Source: Bacteroidota bacterium (lineage in GTDB: Bacteria; Bacteroidota; Bacteroidia; Chitinophagales; Chitinophagaceae). From it: 33,220 bases of DNA. Location: the NCBI GenBank assembly GCA_023426425.1, contig JAFAAT010000108.1:1-33220 (forward strand), read 5' to 3'. Of the stretch, positions 16,488-23,568 are shown piece after piece; the first letter of the stretch is position 1; the number at the start of each line of letters is the position of its first letter. Under the pieces are notes generated by a model, which saw only the letters and a program-made list of their open reading frames with translations, did not search any database and was not told where the DNA came from. The position numbers were made by a program, and so were the translations under genes.

Positions 16488-17539
16488 TGTTTATGCGCAC
16501 AGTGCTGTTCGTCGTGACAATGCTTTCTTTATCTGTCTTTTCCTGCAAAAGTGATCAGGCAAACAAGGATGACAACCCAGAGCCCGAGCCGCCAGTGGAT
16601 ACGTCCATTGTCCTGACGCCCTATGAGATTATTCCTCCTGCCCACTTTCCGGAAATGGCCATTCCAGCAGATAATCAACCGTACGTGGAGCGTATAAAGC
16701 TCGGTAGAATGCTTTACTATGATCCTGTGTTGTCCAACGATGGCAGGGCCTGTGCCAGTTGCCACCACCAGTCTAAAGGGTTTACAATAGATGGGATGGT
16801 TGGAGGCATGCCTGTCCTGCCTCACGTGAATCTTGGCTGGTCAAATAAGTTTATGTGGAATGGTTCTGAGCAGGGTACGCTGGAGGACGTGATGCATTTT
16901 GAGGTAGCAAGTTTCTTTGGTACCGACCTTAATAAAATTAACCAGGATACTGCCTATAGAAGATTGTTCAGAAAACACTTCGGTGTCAACTACATAACGT
17001 ACAAGGAGCTTTCCTATGCGTTGGCACAATTTGTACGAACTATGATCTCCAGGGATTCGAAGTACGACAGGTACATTTCGGGACAGGCGCAACTGGAGTA
17101 TAATGAAATGAAAGGTCGAAATATCTTCTTTTCTGAAAAAGGCGATTGTTTTCACTGTCATATCAACCCTGTGATGACTGATAATGACTTACACAACACG
17201 GGCCTTGACAGCATTTATTCCAAAGAAATAGACAAGGGGTACTTCAATGTTACAGGGAAGATTTCAGATCTGGGAAAATTCAGGACACCAAACCTTCGCA
17301 ACGTAGCCTTGAGAAAGAACTTCATGCACGACGGACGATTTAAAAGCCTCGAAGAAGTGGTGGAATTTTATAACAGTGGGGTCCGCCGGGTCGACAACCT
17401 CGATCCTATCATGACCAAGCCAGGCAAGGAGAAAGGTTTGAACCTTACCCCAGAGGAAAAATTCCAGTTGGTATCGTTCCTGAAAACACTAACTGATGAA
17501 CAATTCCTGAATGATTCAACTTTAACAAAACTGGATTAA
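16487..17539 (+). CDS. di-haem cytochrome c peroxidase / MauG / MbnH-like enzyme
   Basis: 350 aa with a signal peptide. Two haem c sites (CASCHH and CFHCH). CCP-family motifs (FRTPNLRNVA, MHDGRF). Start forms a TAATG overlap with the MbnP-like stop. Confidence 0.9.
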   Translation: MFMRTVLFVVTMLSLSVFSCKSDQANKDDNPEPEPPVDTSIVLTPYEIIPPAHFPEMAIPADNQPYVERIKLGRMLYYDPVLSNDGRACASCHHQSKGFTIDGMVGGMPVLPHVNLGWSNKFMWNGSEQGTLEDVMHFEVASFFGTDLNKINQDTAYRRLFRKHFGVNYITYKELSYALAQFVRTMISRDSKYDRYISGQAQLEYNEMKGRNIFFSEKGDCFHCHINPVMTDNDLHNTGLDSIYSKEIDKGYFNVTGKISDLGKFRTPNLRNVALRKNFMHDGRFKSLEEVVEFYNSGVRRVDNLDPIMTKPGKEKGLNLTPEEKFQLVSFLKTLTDEQFLNDSTLTKLD

Positions 17540-17557
17540 GGACAAAAATGTCCGTAA
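17536..17557 (+). promoter_or_regulatory. operator-like near-palindrome ttaAGGACAaaaaTGTCCGtaa containing RGACAA-N4-GTCCGT
   Basis: 22-bp element with 8 of 9 symmetric half-sites, 25 nt upstream of the hemerythrin ATG. Near-identical copy at 18547-18564. A Bacteroidota -7-like box taactttg follows at 17570-17577. Confidence 0.5.
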
Positions 17558-17582
17558 TGGTATTTTGTATAACTTTGTAGCA

Positions 17583-18077
17583 ATGAAAGAGCCCAAACCA
17601 ATCAAAAGAAGTAAGGAGCTGATGCAACTGTCGCGGGATCATCACCTGGGACTTTTGCTATGCTGGAAGATCAGGACTGGCCTTTCAAACAATATTGATG
17701 AGGAACGGATAAAAGCCTACGTAGTGGCGGCGTATGCTCAGGAACTAAAAGAGCATTTTTATCAGGAGGAACAGCTGCTTTTCAATCCTATGCCTGAGGA
17801 TGACCTGATGGTTTGTAAAGCTATCGAGCAGCACAGTGCGATTCGTGATCTTGAGCAACAGATTAGTGTAGCACAACAGCCCGCTAAAGAACTGTTAACT
17901 CAATTTGCAGACTTACTGGAACAGCATATAAGATATGAAGAGCGGGAGCTTTTCCCATACCTGGAGGCGGCATTGGATGCAGAAACTTTATCAATAGCTG
18001 GCGCAGCAGTTGATAAGTATCATGAAACCGCTGAGCCATTGAATTGGTCAGATGAATTTTGGATAAGGAAAAGGTAA
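17583..18077 (+). CDS. hemerythrin (HHE cation-binding) domain protein
   Basis: The ORF track start at 17565 is TTG. ATG 17583 gives MKEPKPIKR...; ATG 17622 (MQLSRDHH) is an alternative. Motifs LSRDHH, EEQLLF, EQHSA and HIRYEERELFP. Confidence 0.8.
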   Translation: MKEPKPIKRSKELMQLSRDHHLGLLLCWKIRTGLSNNIDEERIKAYVVAAYAQELKEHFYQEEQLLFNPMPEDDLMVCKAIEQHSAIRDLEQQISVAQQPAKELLTQFADLLEQHIRYEERELFPYLEAALDAETLSIAGAAVDKYHETAEPLNWSDEFWIRKR

Positions 18078-18079
18078 TT

Positions 18080-18511
18080 ATGTTTTCAAAAGCTTGTGAA
18101 TATGCGATAAGAGCTGCAGTCTATATAGCTGCAGAAACAGACGAAACTAAGAAAGTAGGTATCCAGGACATTTGCATACAAATAGAGGCTCCACAACATT
18201 TTACTGCCAAAATTCTTCAGATACTTACCCGAAAGCAGATCGTAAGCTCACAAAAGGGAGTGAACGGCGGATTTTACTTAAACAAAATACAGAAAAACAC
18301 ACCCATACGAGAGATAGTTGTAGCAGTAGACGGTGCCAAAGTATTTACAGGGTGCGGACTTGGGTTGAAGCAATGTTCAGAAGAAAAGCCCTGTCCCATT
18401 CACAACCAGTTTAAAGAATTGAGATCCAGGCTAAATAAGATGATGGAGCAAACCACTATAGAAATGCTGGGCAGGCGACTGAAGAATGGCGAGTCGGTAC
18501 TGGTACAATAA
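18080..18511 (+). CDS. Rrf2 family transcriptional regulator (NsrR/IscR-like, Fe-S type)
   Basis: Start trimmed to ATG 18080 (MFSKACEYAIRAAVY), 2 nt after the hemerythrin stop. Winged HTH followed by C-x6-C-x5-C-x2-H (GCGLGLKQCSEEKPCPIH), a cluster-ligand spacing close to IscR/NsrR. Confidence 0.9.
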   Translation: MFSKACEYAIRAAVYIAAETDETKKVGIQDICIQIEAPQHFTAKILQILTRKQIVSSQKGVNGGFYLNKIQKNTPIREIVVAVDGAKVFTGCGLGLKQCSEEKPCPIHNQFKELRSRLNKMMEQTTIEMLGRRLKNGESVLVQ

Positions 18512-18546
18512 TTATCGGTTAAATAAAAAAATTTACTCTAATAAAA

Positions 18547-18564
18547 GACAAAAACGTCCGTAAT
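18547..18564 (+). promoter_or_regulatory. operator-like element gacaaaaacgtccgtaat (RGACAA-N4-GTCCGT)
   Basis: 17 of 18 nt identical to 17541-17558. Ends 11 nt before the ATG of the NnrS-like gene. Confidence 0.5.
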
Positions 18565-18574
18565 AGAGATTCTT

Positions 18575-19828
18575 ATGAAGCAGTTGGAAAGATGGGTTGG
18601 TATTTCCCTGGTTAACCTGGCGATTGTGGCTTTACTTGGCATGACGCTACGTGCAAAGCTTATTTTCTCAATACCATTTGTGAACTTCAAGAACACACTT
18701 CATGCTCACTCACATTTTGCTTTTGGGGGCTGGATAACTCTGGCACTGCTTGCACTCATCACTTATCAATTTCTTCCGCGACGGGAATCTGACAAACCGG
18801 TTTATAAATGGTTGCTGGGTGGCATATTGTTCAATGCAGTAGGCATGCTGGTCAGCTTTCCTTTCCAGGGGTATGCATTTTTCTCCATTCTTTTCTCAAC
18901 ACTATTCATCTTTGTTACCTATGCTTTTAGCTGGGTCTTCATCCGAGACCTGCGGACATCAAAAGTGACAAGAAGTGTCAGGGTGCTGGTTATTTCAGCT
19001 ATGATAAGTATGGTGCTCTCTTCTGTCGGTGCATTTACTCTTGCTTATTTACTCGCCACGGAGTCTACCAATGTATTTCTCTATAAGGATGCGATTTACA
19101 CTTATCTGCATTTACAATACAGTGGATTCTTCACCTTAACGGTGTTTGCATTGCTTTTCCACCAGTTGAAAATTGACCACAGATCTATCTGGCGATTCTC
19201 CGTGGTCCTGGTAATGTCTGTGATTCCTGCTTTGTTTATGTCCTACCTGTGGCACAATCCGAACCTGGGCTTTCGTATAGTTGCCTTTTTAGGAAGCGCC
19301 CTAACAGTAGCGGCTCTCCTGTTGTTCTTTGGAACTTTAAAGATCTTACGGCCAAGCATTCCAACTCTTAAGCCAATTGTGCGAAGAGTTGGAATGATAG
19401 CACTGATAGCATTTGTCTTCAAAATGGTATTTCAGGCCCTGACTATTGTGCCTTCATTAGGTACGCTGGTATTTGCAAATCGCCCGGTAATCATCGGTTT
19501 TCTGCATCTGGTGTTGCTGGCATTCATTTCACTTTATCTGCTTGCGCATTTTATTCAATCCGGATTACTGTCCGTAAACCGGTTGAGCAGTTTTGCTATC
19601 TGGCTATTCATCACCGGCGTGCTAATCAATGAAATTGTACTCTTTACTCAGGGTCTTGGATTTATGTTGATGATGACGAACACGATTACCCAGTGGCTGT
19701 TGTTAGTTGCGGCAGTTGCTTTGTTTGTCGGTGCCTTGCTGATAGCCTATAGTAAACTCACGCTGAACCGGCCATTCCAATTTAATTATTCACACACAAG
19801 ATTATCAAATAACTATTCACAATCTTAA
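18575..19828 (+). CDS. 12-TM membrane protein, NnrS-like (tentative)
   Basis: 417 aa with about 12 predicted TM helices. Conserved-looking His motifs LHAHSHFAFGGW (TM2), YLHLQYSGFF and GFLHLVLLAF. Position directly after the Rrf2 gene and before RIC fits NO-regulon membrane proteins. The family call is from memory of the NnrS HxHxxxFG motif. Confidence 0.55.
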   Translation: MKQLERWVGISLVNLAIVALLGMTLRAKLIFSIPFVNFKNTLHAHSHFAFGGWITLALLALITYQFLPRRESDKPVYKWLLGGILFNAVGMLVSFPFQGYAFFSILFSTLFIFVTYAFSWVFIRDLRTSKVTRSVRVLVISAMISMVLSSVGAFTLAYLLATESTNVFLYKDAIYTYLHLQYSGFFTLTVFALLFHQLKIDHRSIWRFSVVLVMSVIPALFMSYLWHNPNLGFRIVAFLGSALTVAALLLFFGTLKILRPSIPTLKPIVRRVGMIALIAFVFKMVFQALTIVPSLGTLVFANRPVIIGFLHLVLLAFISLYLLAHFIQSGLLSVNRLSSFAIWLFITGVLINEIVLFTQGLGFMLMMTNTITQWLLLVAAVALFVGALLIAYSKLTLNRPFQFNYSHTRLSNNYSQS

Positions 19829-19840
19829 ATCAACTGAAAA

Positions 19841-20767
19841 ATGAACAACGTAACAATCGACGTGACGGCTCTGGAACCCAGAATGAAGCACCCAACTATC
19901 TTTGATGCCTTCGACTCAATAGGTGCAGGTGGCACTGTCTTAATCCACAATGATCACGATCCTAAGCCACTATATTATCAGCTACTGGGTGAGAGAGGAA
20001 ATTGCTTTTCCTGGACCTATCTGGCTAATGGTCCGGAAGTTTGGGAAGTGGAAATCAGGAAGAATGGCGCAAATGGAGAGACAGTAGGGGAGATAGCGGC
20101 AAAGGATATGCGTAAGGCTGAGTTGCTGAAGAAACTGGGTATTGACTTCTGCTGTGGTGGAAAGAAATCCCTGGAAGATGCCTGTGCTGAAAAGGGACTA
20201 GATGTGAACAAGGTGAAGGCTGAATTGGAGCAATCGGAGAAAATGCCTGCCACTGGTCCACAACTTGACTTCAACACATTTTCTGCATCTTTTCTTGCAG
20301 ACTATATTCAGAACGTGCACCACGGCTATGTGAACAAGAATGCACCGATGATTGAGGATCTGGCGCAAAAGGTAGCTGCGCATCATGGGCAGCACGTACC
20401 CTTATTGGTTGCTGTGTATAGAAAGGTCAATGAGCTTTGTTCGGAATTGCTCACACACATGAAGAAGGAAGAACAGGTGCTGTTTCCAACTATCAAGCTG
20501 CTGGAGAGTGGTGGCATGGTGAAGATTGGATTTGATTCTATTAATGATCCGATTTTCGTAATGGAAAGAGACCATGACATAGCGGGCGAACTGATGCGCG
20601 ATATCCGTCAGCTTACGCATGACTTCCAGGTGCCTGAAGGTGCCTGCAACAGCATTAGAATGCTGTATTTTAAGCTGGAAGAGTTTGAGTCTGATTTGCT
20701 GCAGCATATCCACCTTGAGAATAATATCCTTTTTCCGAAGGCTGCTGCGCTGGAACAGAAGAATTAG
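19841..20767 (+). CDS. iron-sulfur cluster repair di-iron protein (RIC/YtfE/ScdA) with N-terminal DUF2249-like module
   Basis: 308 aa. Residues 1-75 carry the DUF2249-like signature (RMKHPTIFDAF...LIHNDHDPKPLYYQL...GPEVWEVEI). Then an ScdA_N motif (LGIDFCCGGKKSLEDAC). Then a hemerythrin-like di-iron domain (HHGYV...EEQVLFP...ERDHD...HIHLENNILFP). Confidence 0.85.
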   Translation: MNNVTIDVTALEPRMKHPTIFDAFDSIGAGGTVLIHNDHDPKPLYYQLLGERGNCFSWTYLANGPEVWEVEIRKNGANGETVGEIAAKDMRKAELLKKLGIDFCCGGKKSLEDACAEKGLDVNKVKAELEQSEKMPATGPQLDFNTFSASFLADYIQNVHHGYVNKNAPMIEDLAQKVAAHHGQHVPLLVAVYRKVNELCSELLTHMKKEEQVLFPTIKLLESGGMVKIGFDSINDPIFVMERDHDIAGELMRDIRQLTHDFQVPEGACNSIRMLYFKLEEFESDLLQHIHLENNILFPKAAALEQKN

Positions 20768-20775
20768 TCACACTG

Positions 20776-20798
20776 AAAGGCGCAGCAATTGCGCCTTT
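20776..20798 (+). terminator. intra-cluster hairpin (terminator/attenuator-like)
   Basis: aaaggcgca-gcaat-tgcgccttt: 9-bp stem with a 5-nt loop, whose 3' arm ends in ttt, followed by ctaattt. Sits in the 45-nt gap between RIC and the DUF1858/DUF2249 gene. Confidence 0.5.
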
Positions 20799-20812
20799 CT
20801 AATTTCCTTGTC

Positions 20813-21613
20813 ATGACCATTATTAATTCCCGTACAAAGATATCCGCACTTATTAAAGCCAATCCTGGTGCCATAGAGGCGCTTGCGAGTATCAACAGTC
20901 ATTTCCATAAGCTTCGTAGCCCTTTTCTAAGAAAGATTCTTGCAGCCAGAGTAACCATAGCTGAGGCTGCAAAAATGGGAGGTGTCACAATTGCTGCTTT
21001 TTATGAAAGGCTGATACCGTTGGGATTTCAGGTTCAGGGCGACGAACAGGAAGTCGCGGAACGCGCCGTATCTATTGAAGGAGACCATCTTCAGGCATTT
21101 GACCGGCAACTGGATGTTACGGAAGACCTAAACCAGGGTAAAGACCCGTTCAGGGTGATTATGAAAGAGGTGAATGAACTAAGGCAGGGTGAAGTGCTTC
21201 AACTGGTCAGTCCGTTTGAACCTGTGCCGCTGATAAGAGTGCTTACAGAAAGAGGACTTGAAGCAAAGTCGTTTTCGAAGTCCGCAGATGAATGGTTTAC
21301 CTACATCAGGATGAATGGCGCAATTGAAGACGGCAAACCTGCTGCTCCTGGGAGCGGGGATTTTGAAGCGGTGCTTTCGAGATTTGAAGGTAAGGCTCAG
21401 ACTGTGGATGTAAGGCAGCTACCTATGCCTCAGCCAATGATGACTATTTTGAGCAGGCTTGAGGAGCTGCGTGAGGGGGAAGCATTATTTGTGCATCATA
21501 AAAAGGTGCCCATGTTTCTTCTTCCACAACTGACAGAAAAAGGATGGGCTTATACCTATCGCAGTGCTGGGGAGGGAGTGGAAATGATAATCTACAGAGA
21601 AGTAGCCGAATGA
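20813..21613 (+). CDS. DUF1858 + 2x DUF2249-like domain protein
   Basis: The ORF track start at 20789 is TTG; ATG 20813 gives MTIINSRTKISALIK. N-terminal DUF1858-like segment (ISALIKANPGAIEAL...TIAEAAKMGGV). Then two modules with the DUF2249-like pattern (LDVTEDL...LRQGEVLQLVSPFEPVPL; VDVRQLPMPQPMM...LREGEALFVHHKKVPMFL). Confidence 0.7.
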   Translation: MTIINSRTKISALIKANPGAIEALASINSHFHKLRSPFLRKILAARVTIAEAAKMGGVTIAAFYERLIPLGFQVQGDEQEVAERAVSIEGDHLQAFDRQLDVTEDLNQGKDPFRVIMKEVNELRQGEVLQLVSPFEPVPLIRVLTERGLEAKSFSKSADEWFTYIRMNGAIEDGKPAAPGSGDFEAVLSRFEGKAQTVDVRQLPMPQPMMTILSRLEELREGEALFVHHKKVPMFLLPQLTEKGWAYTYRSAGEGVEMIIYREVAE

Positions 21614-22881
21614 AACCAGCGGAGGAACATATACCCCCCAGGATAACCATACTTCCTTACTATGTCGCGGGAGGGTTTAGCTTCCTGCTGGTTTCCCTGA
21701 TGTGTGTTTCCTCAAGTGAGTCGTTGCTTGGTCACTACTTCACACCCAGACTGCTTGCCATCACTCATTTGGCTGTACTTGGCTGGGCCACCATGGTTAT
21801 CTTCGGGGCGAGCAACCAGCTTGCGCCTGTGATTGCTGAAAGGAGATTGTACAGTGAGCGGATACCCGTAGTCGTTTTTTTGTTTAAGGTGGTGGGGATC
21901 GCGATACTCGTATTTTCATTCTGGGTGTTTCAGCTGGGGGTACTCAGCTATGCAGGTGCGGGGCTATTGATTGCTGCCATATTACTTCATGCTATCAACC
22001 TTTACAAGACAGCCGCCAGGGGAAAGGAGGATATTGTAAAAGATCTATTCATTGTCTCGCATTTCTGGCTGGTGTTAACCGCATTGATTGGTCTGACATT
22101 GCTGCTGAACCTTCGTTTTGCATTTCTTTCCGAAGATCATCTGCATTACCTGAGGGTGCATTCATTGATCGGCATGGGTGGTTGGTTTCTTCAGTTGGTC
22201 ATAGGTGTGAGCTCAAGACTTATACCCATGTTTTTGTTAAGCGCCAATGAGGAGCGTAAGTCGTTGCAGGCATCATTCTACCTGCTGAACGGGGCTATGT
22301 TGCTTTTCTTTCTTGAGGGGATGGTGCTGGGTACAAGAGCGGGTGGACCTCTATGCCTGCTGATGGTTGGAGCAGCCATAGTGCTGTATGCAAGGTATGT
22401 CAACAGGTGTCGTAAGACGGCTATGAGAAAGCAAGCGGACGCGGGTATGCAGCAGAGTTTTCTTGCTATTGTACTGCTGATGGCTGCTATAGTACTATTG
22501 AGCTTTCTTTTGTCTATCGCAGGTCAGGAGCAACCTCGCCTGATGGTGGCTTTTGGGTTTTCATTTTTCACTGGTTTTATCTCCCTTCTTATTCTAGGGC
22601 AAACATTCAAGACACTGCCATTTATAGTCTGGATGCATCTGGTGAGCCATGAATCCCTGCCCGGTGTCATGCCGAAGGACCTCTATAGCGAGAGGTGGGT
22701 TCGTATTCAGATGATCCTGTTCCTGCTGTCCTTCCTGGTGTCGGTGTCCTCAATAATTTTAGGACTGCAACTTTTGCTAGTGGTTGGATTAAGCCTTTTA
22801 AGCCTTACTGCTGCTCTTTATTTTGGTCATGTGCTATATATCATTTCAAAACTGAAGAACTATGAACCTCACCATATCTGA
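21610..22881 (+). CDS. polytopic His-rich membrane protein, function unknown
   Basis: Start trimmed to ATG 21610, which forms an ATGA overlap with the upstream stop. 423 aa with about 12 TM helices. Recurrent motif [HG]-x3-4-G-[WF]-x5-6-G-x4-L-x-P (ITHLAVLGWATMVIFGASNQLAP; VHSLIGMGGWFLQLVIGVSSRLIP; FFTGFISLLILGQTFKTLP). Confidence 0.7.
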   Translation: MKPAEEHIPPRITILPYYVAGGFSFLLVSLMCVSSSESLLGHYFTPRLLAITHLAVLGWATMVIFGASNQLAPVIAERRLYSERIPVVVFLFKVVGIAILVFSFWVFQLGVLSYAGAGLLIAAILLHAINLYKTAARGKEDIVKDLFIVSHFWLVLTALIGLTLLLNLRFAFLSEDHLHYLRVHSLIGMGGWFLQLVIGVSSRLIPMFLLSANEERKSLQASFYLLNGAMLLFFLEGMVLGTRAGGPLCLLMVGAAIVLYARYVNRCRKTAMRKQADAGMQQSFLAIVLLMAAIVLLSFLLSIAGQEQPRLMVAFGFSFFTGFISLLILGQTFKTLPFIVWMHLVSHESLPGVMPKDLYSERWVRIQMILFLLSFLVSVSSIILGLQLLLVVGLSLLSLTAALYFGHVLYIISKLKNYEPHHI

Positions 22882-23194
22882 TTCAAGTTATAACCTGGAG
22901 CTACAGGTGCTGAATGCACTTTATGAAGTAAATGACCCGGAGCTGAACATCAATATCGTAGATCTTGGACTGGTATATGAGGTAAGAGTGGATGAGGTGG
23001 CCGGACAGATCATGATAGAAATGACCCTTTCGACCCGTTCCTGTCCGCTTGGAGGATTAATTACCAGTCATGTGAAGGTTGCTGCAGAGGGGGCGTTGCC
23101 GGGGTATACTGCAGAAGTGAACCTGGTTTGGAGTCCGAAATGGACTTCGGACCGAATCTCCGAAGCCGGGAGAGCAGCGCTTGGGTGGGAGTAG
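22862..23194 (+). CDS. DUF59/MIP18-family metal-sulfur cluster assembly factor (SufT/PaaD-like)
   Basis: 110 aa. Motifs VNDPELNINIVDLGLVYEV and MTLSTRSCPL with the conserved Cys. Start overlaps the upstream gene by 20 nt. Confidence 0.85.
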   Translation: MNLTISDSSYNLELQVLNALYEVNDPELNINIVDLGLVYEVRVDEVAGQIMIEMTLSTRSCPLGGLITSHVKVAAEGALPGYTAEVNLVWSPKWTSDRISEAGRAALGWE

Positions 23195-23568
23195 ATACAT
23201 TGACTGGGGAGTAACAGTTGATGATAATAACACATAAAAACATTGATGGTTTGAACGGTTTTTATGCGGCTTACCGCCTGTTTAGATATAGTTTAGGGAA
23301 GTCTGGCAGACGAGGTATTACCGGGGTAAGGGCGGAATAAAAAGGATGTAAAAACAAGGTAGATCCCCGGGTAATCACGAGGTAAGTACAGGGTGGGTCG
23401 CAGGTCAGGAAACGGGTGAGGGGGATATGCTTAGTTTATCGATTCCGGTATGACGGGTTTTTGGGCTTGTCGTCAGACTCCGTTTCGCTGCGTATGCTAA
23501 CCGATAATTTTGAGCTTGAAGTTTAGATAGTGTAATGAAACTTCATGTAAGCTCGATTGCAAATATAG

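Noticed and set aside
14000-23200. Lower GC in the plus-strand NO cluster (about 42-43% in two sampled 60-nt lines) against 47-57% in sampled lines at 181 and 7021, as evidence for horizontal acquisition.
   Set aside because: It rests on a handful of hand-counted lines. A nosZ line gave about 52%, so there is no coherent island boundary. No integrase, tRNA or direct repeats flank the region. A proper windowed GC and codon-usage calculation is needed.
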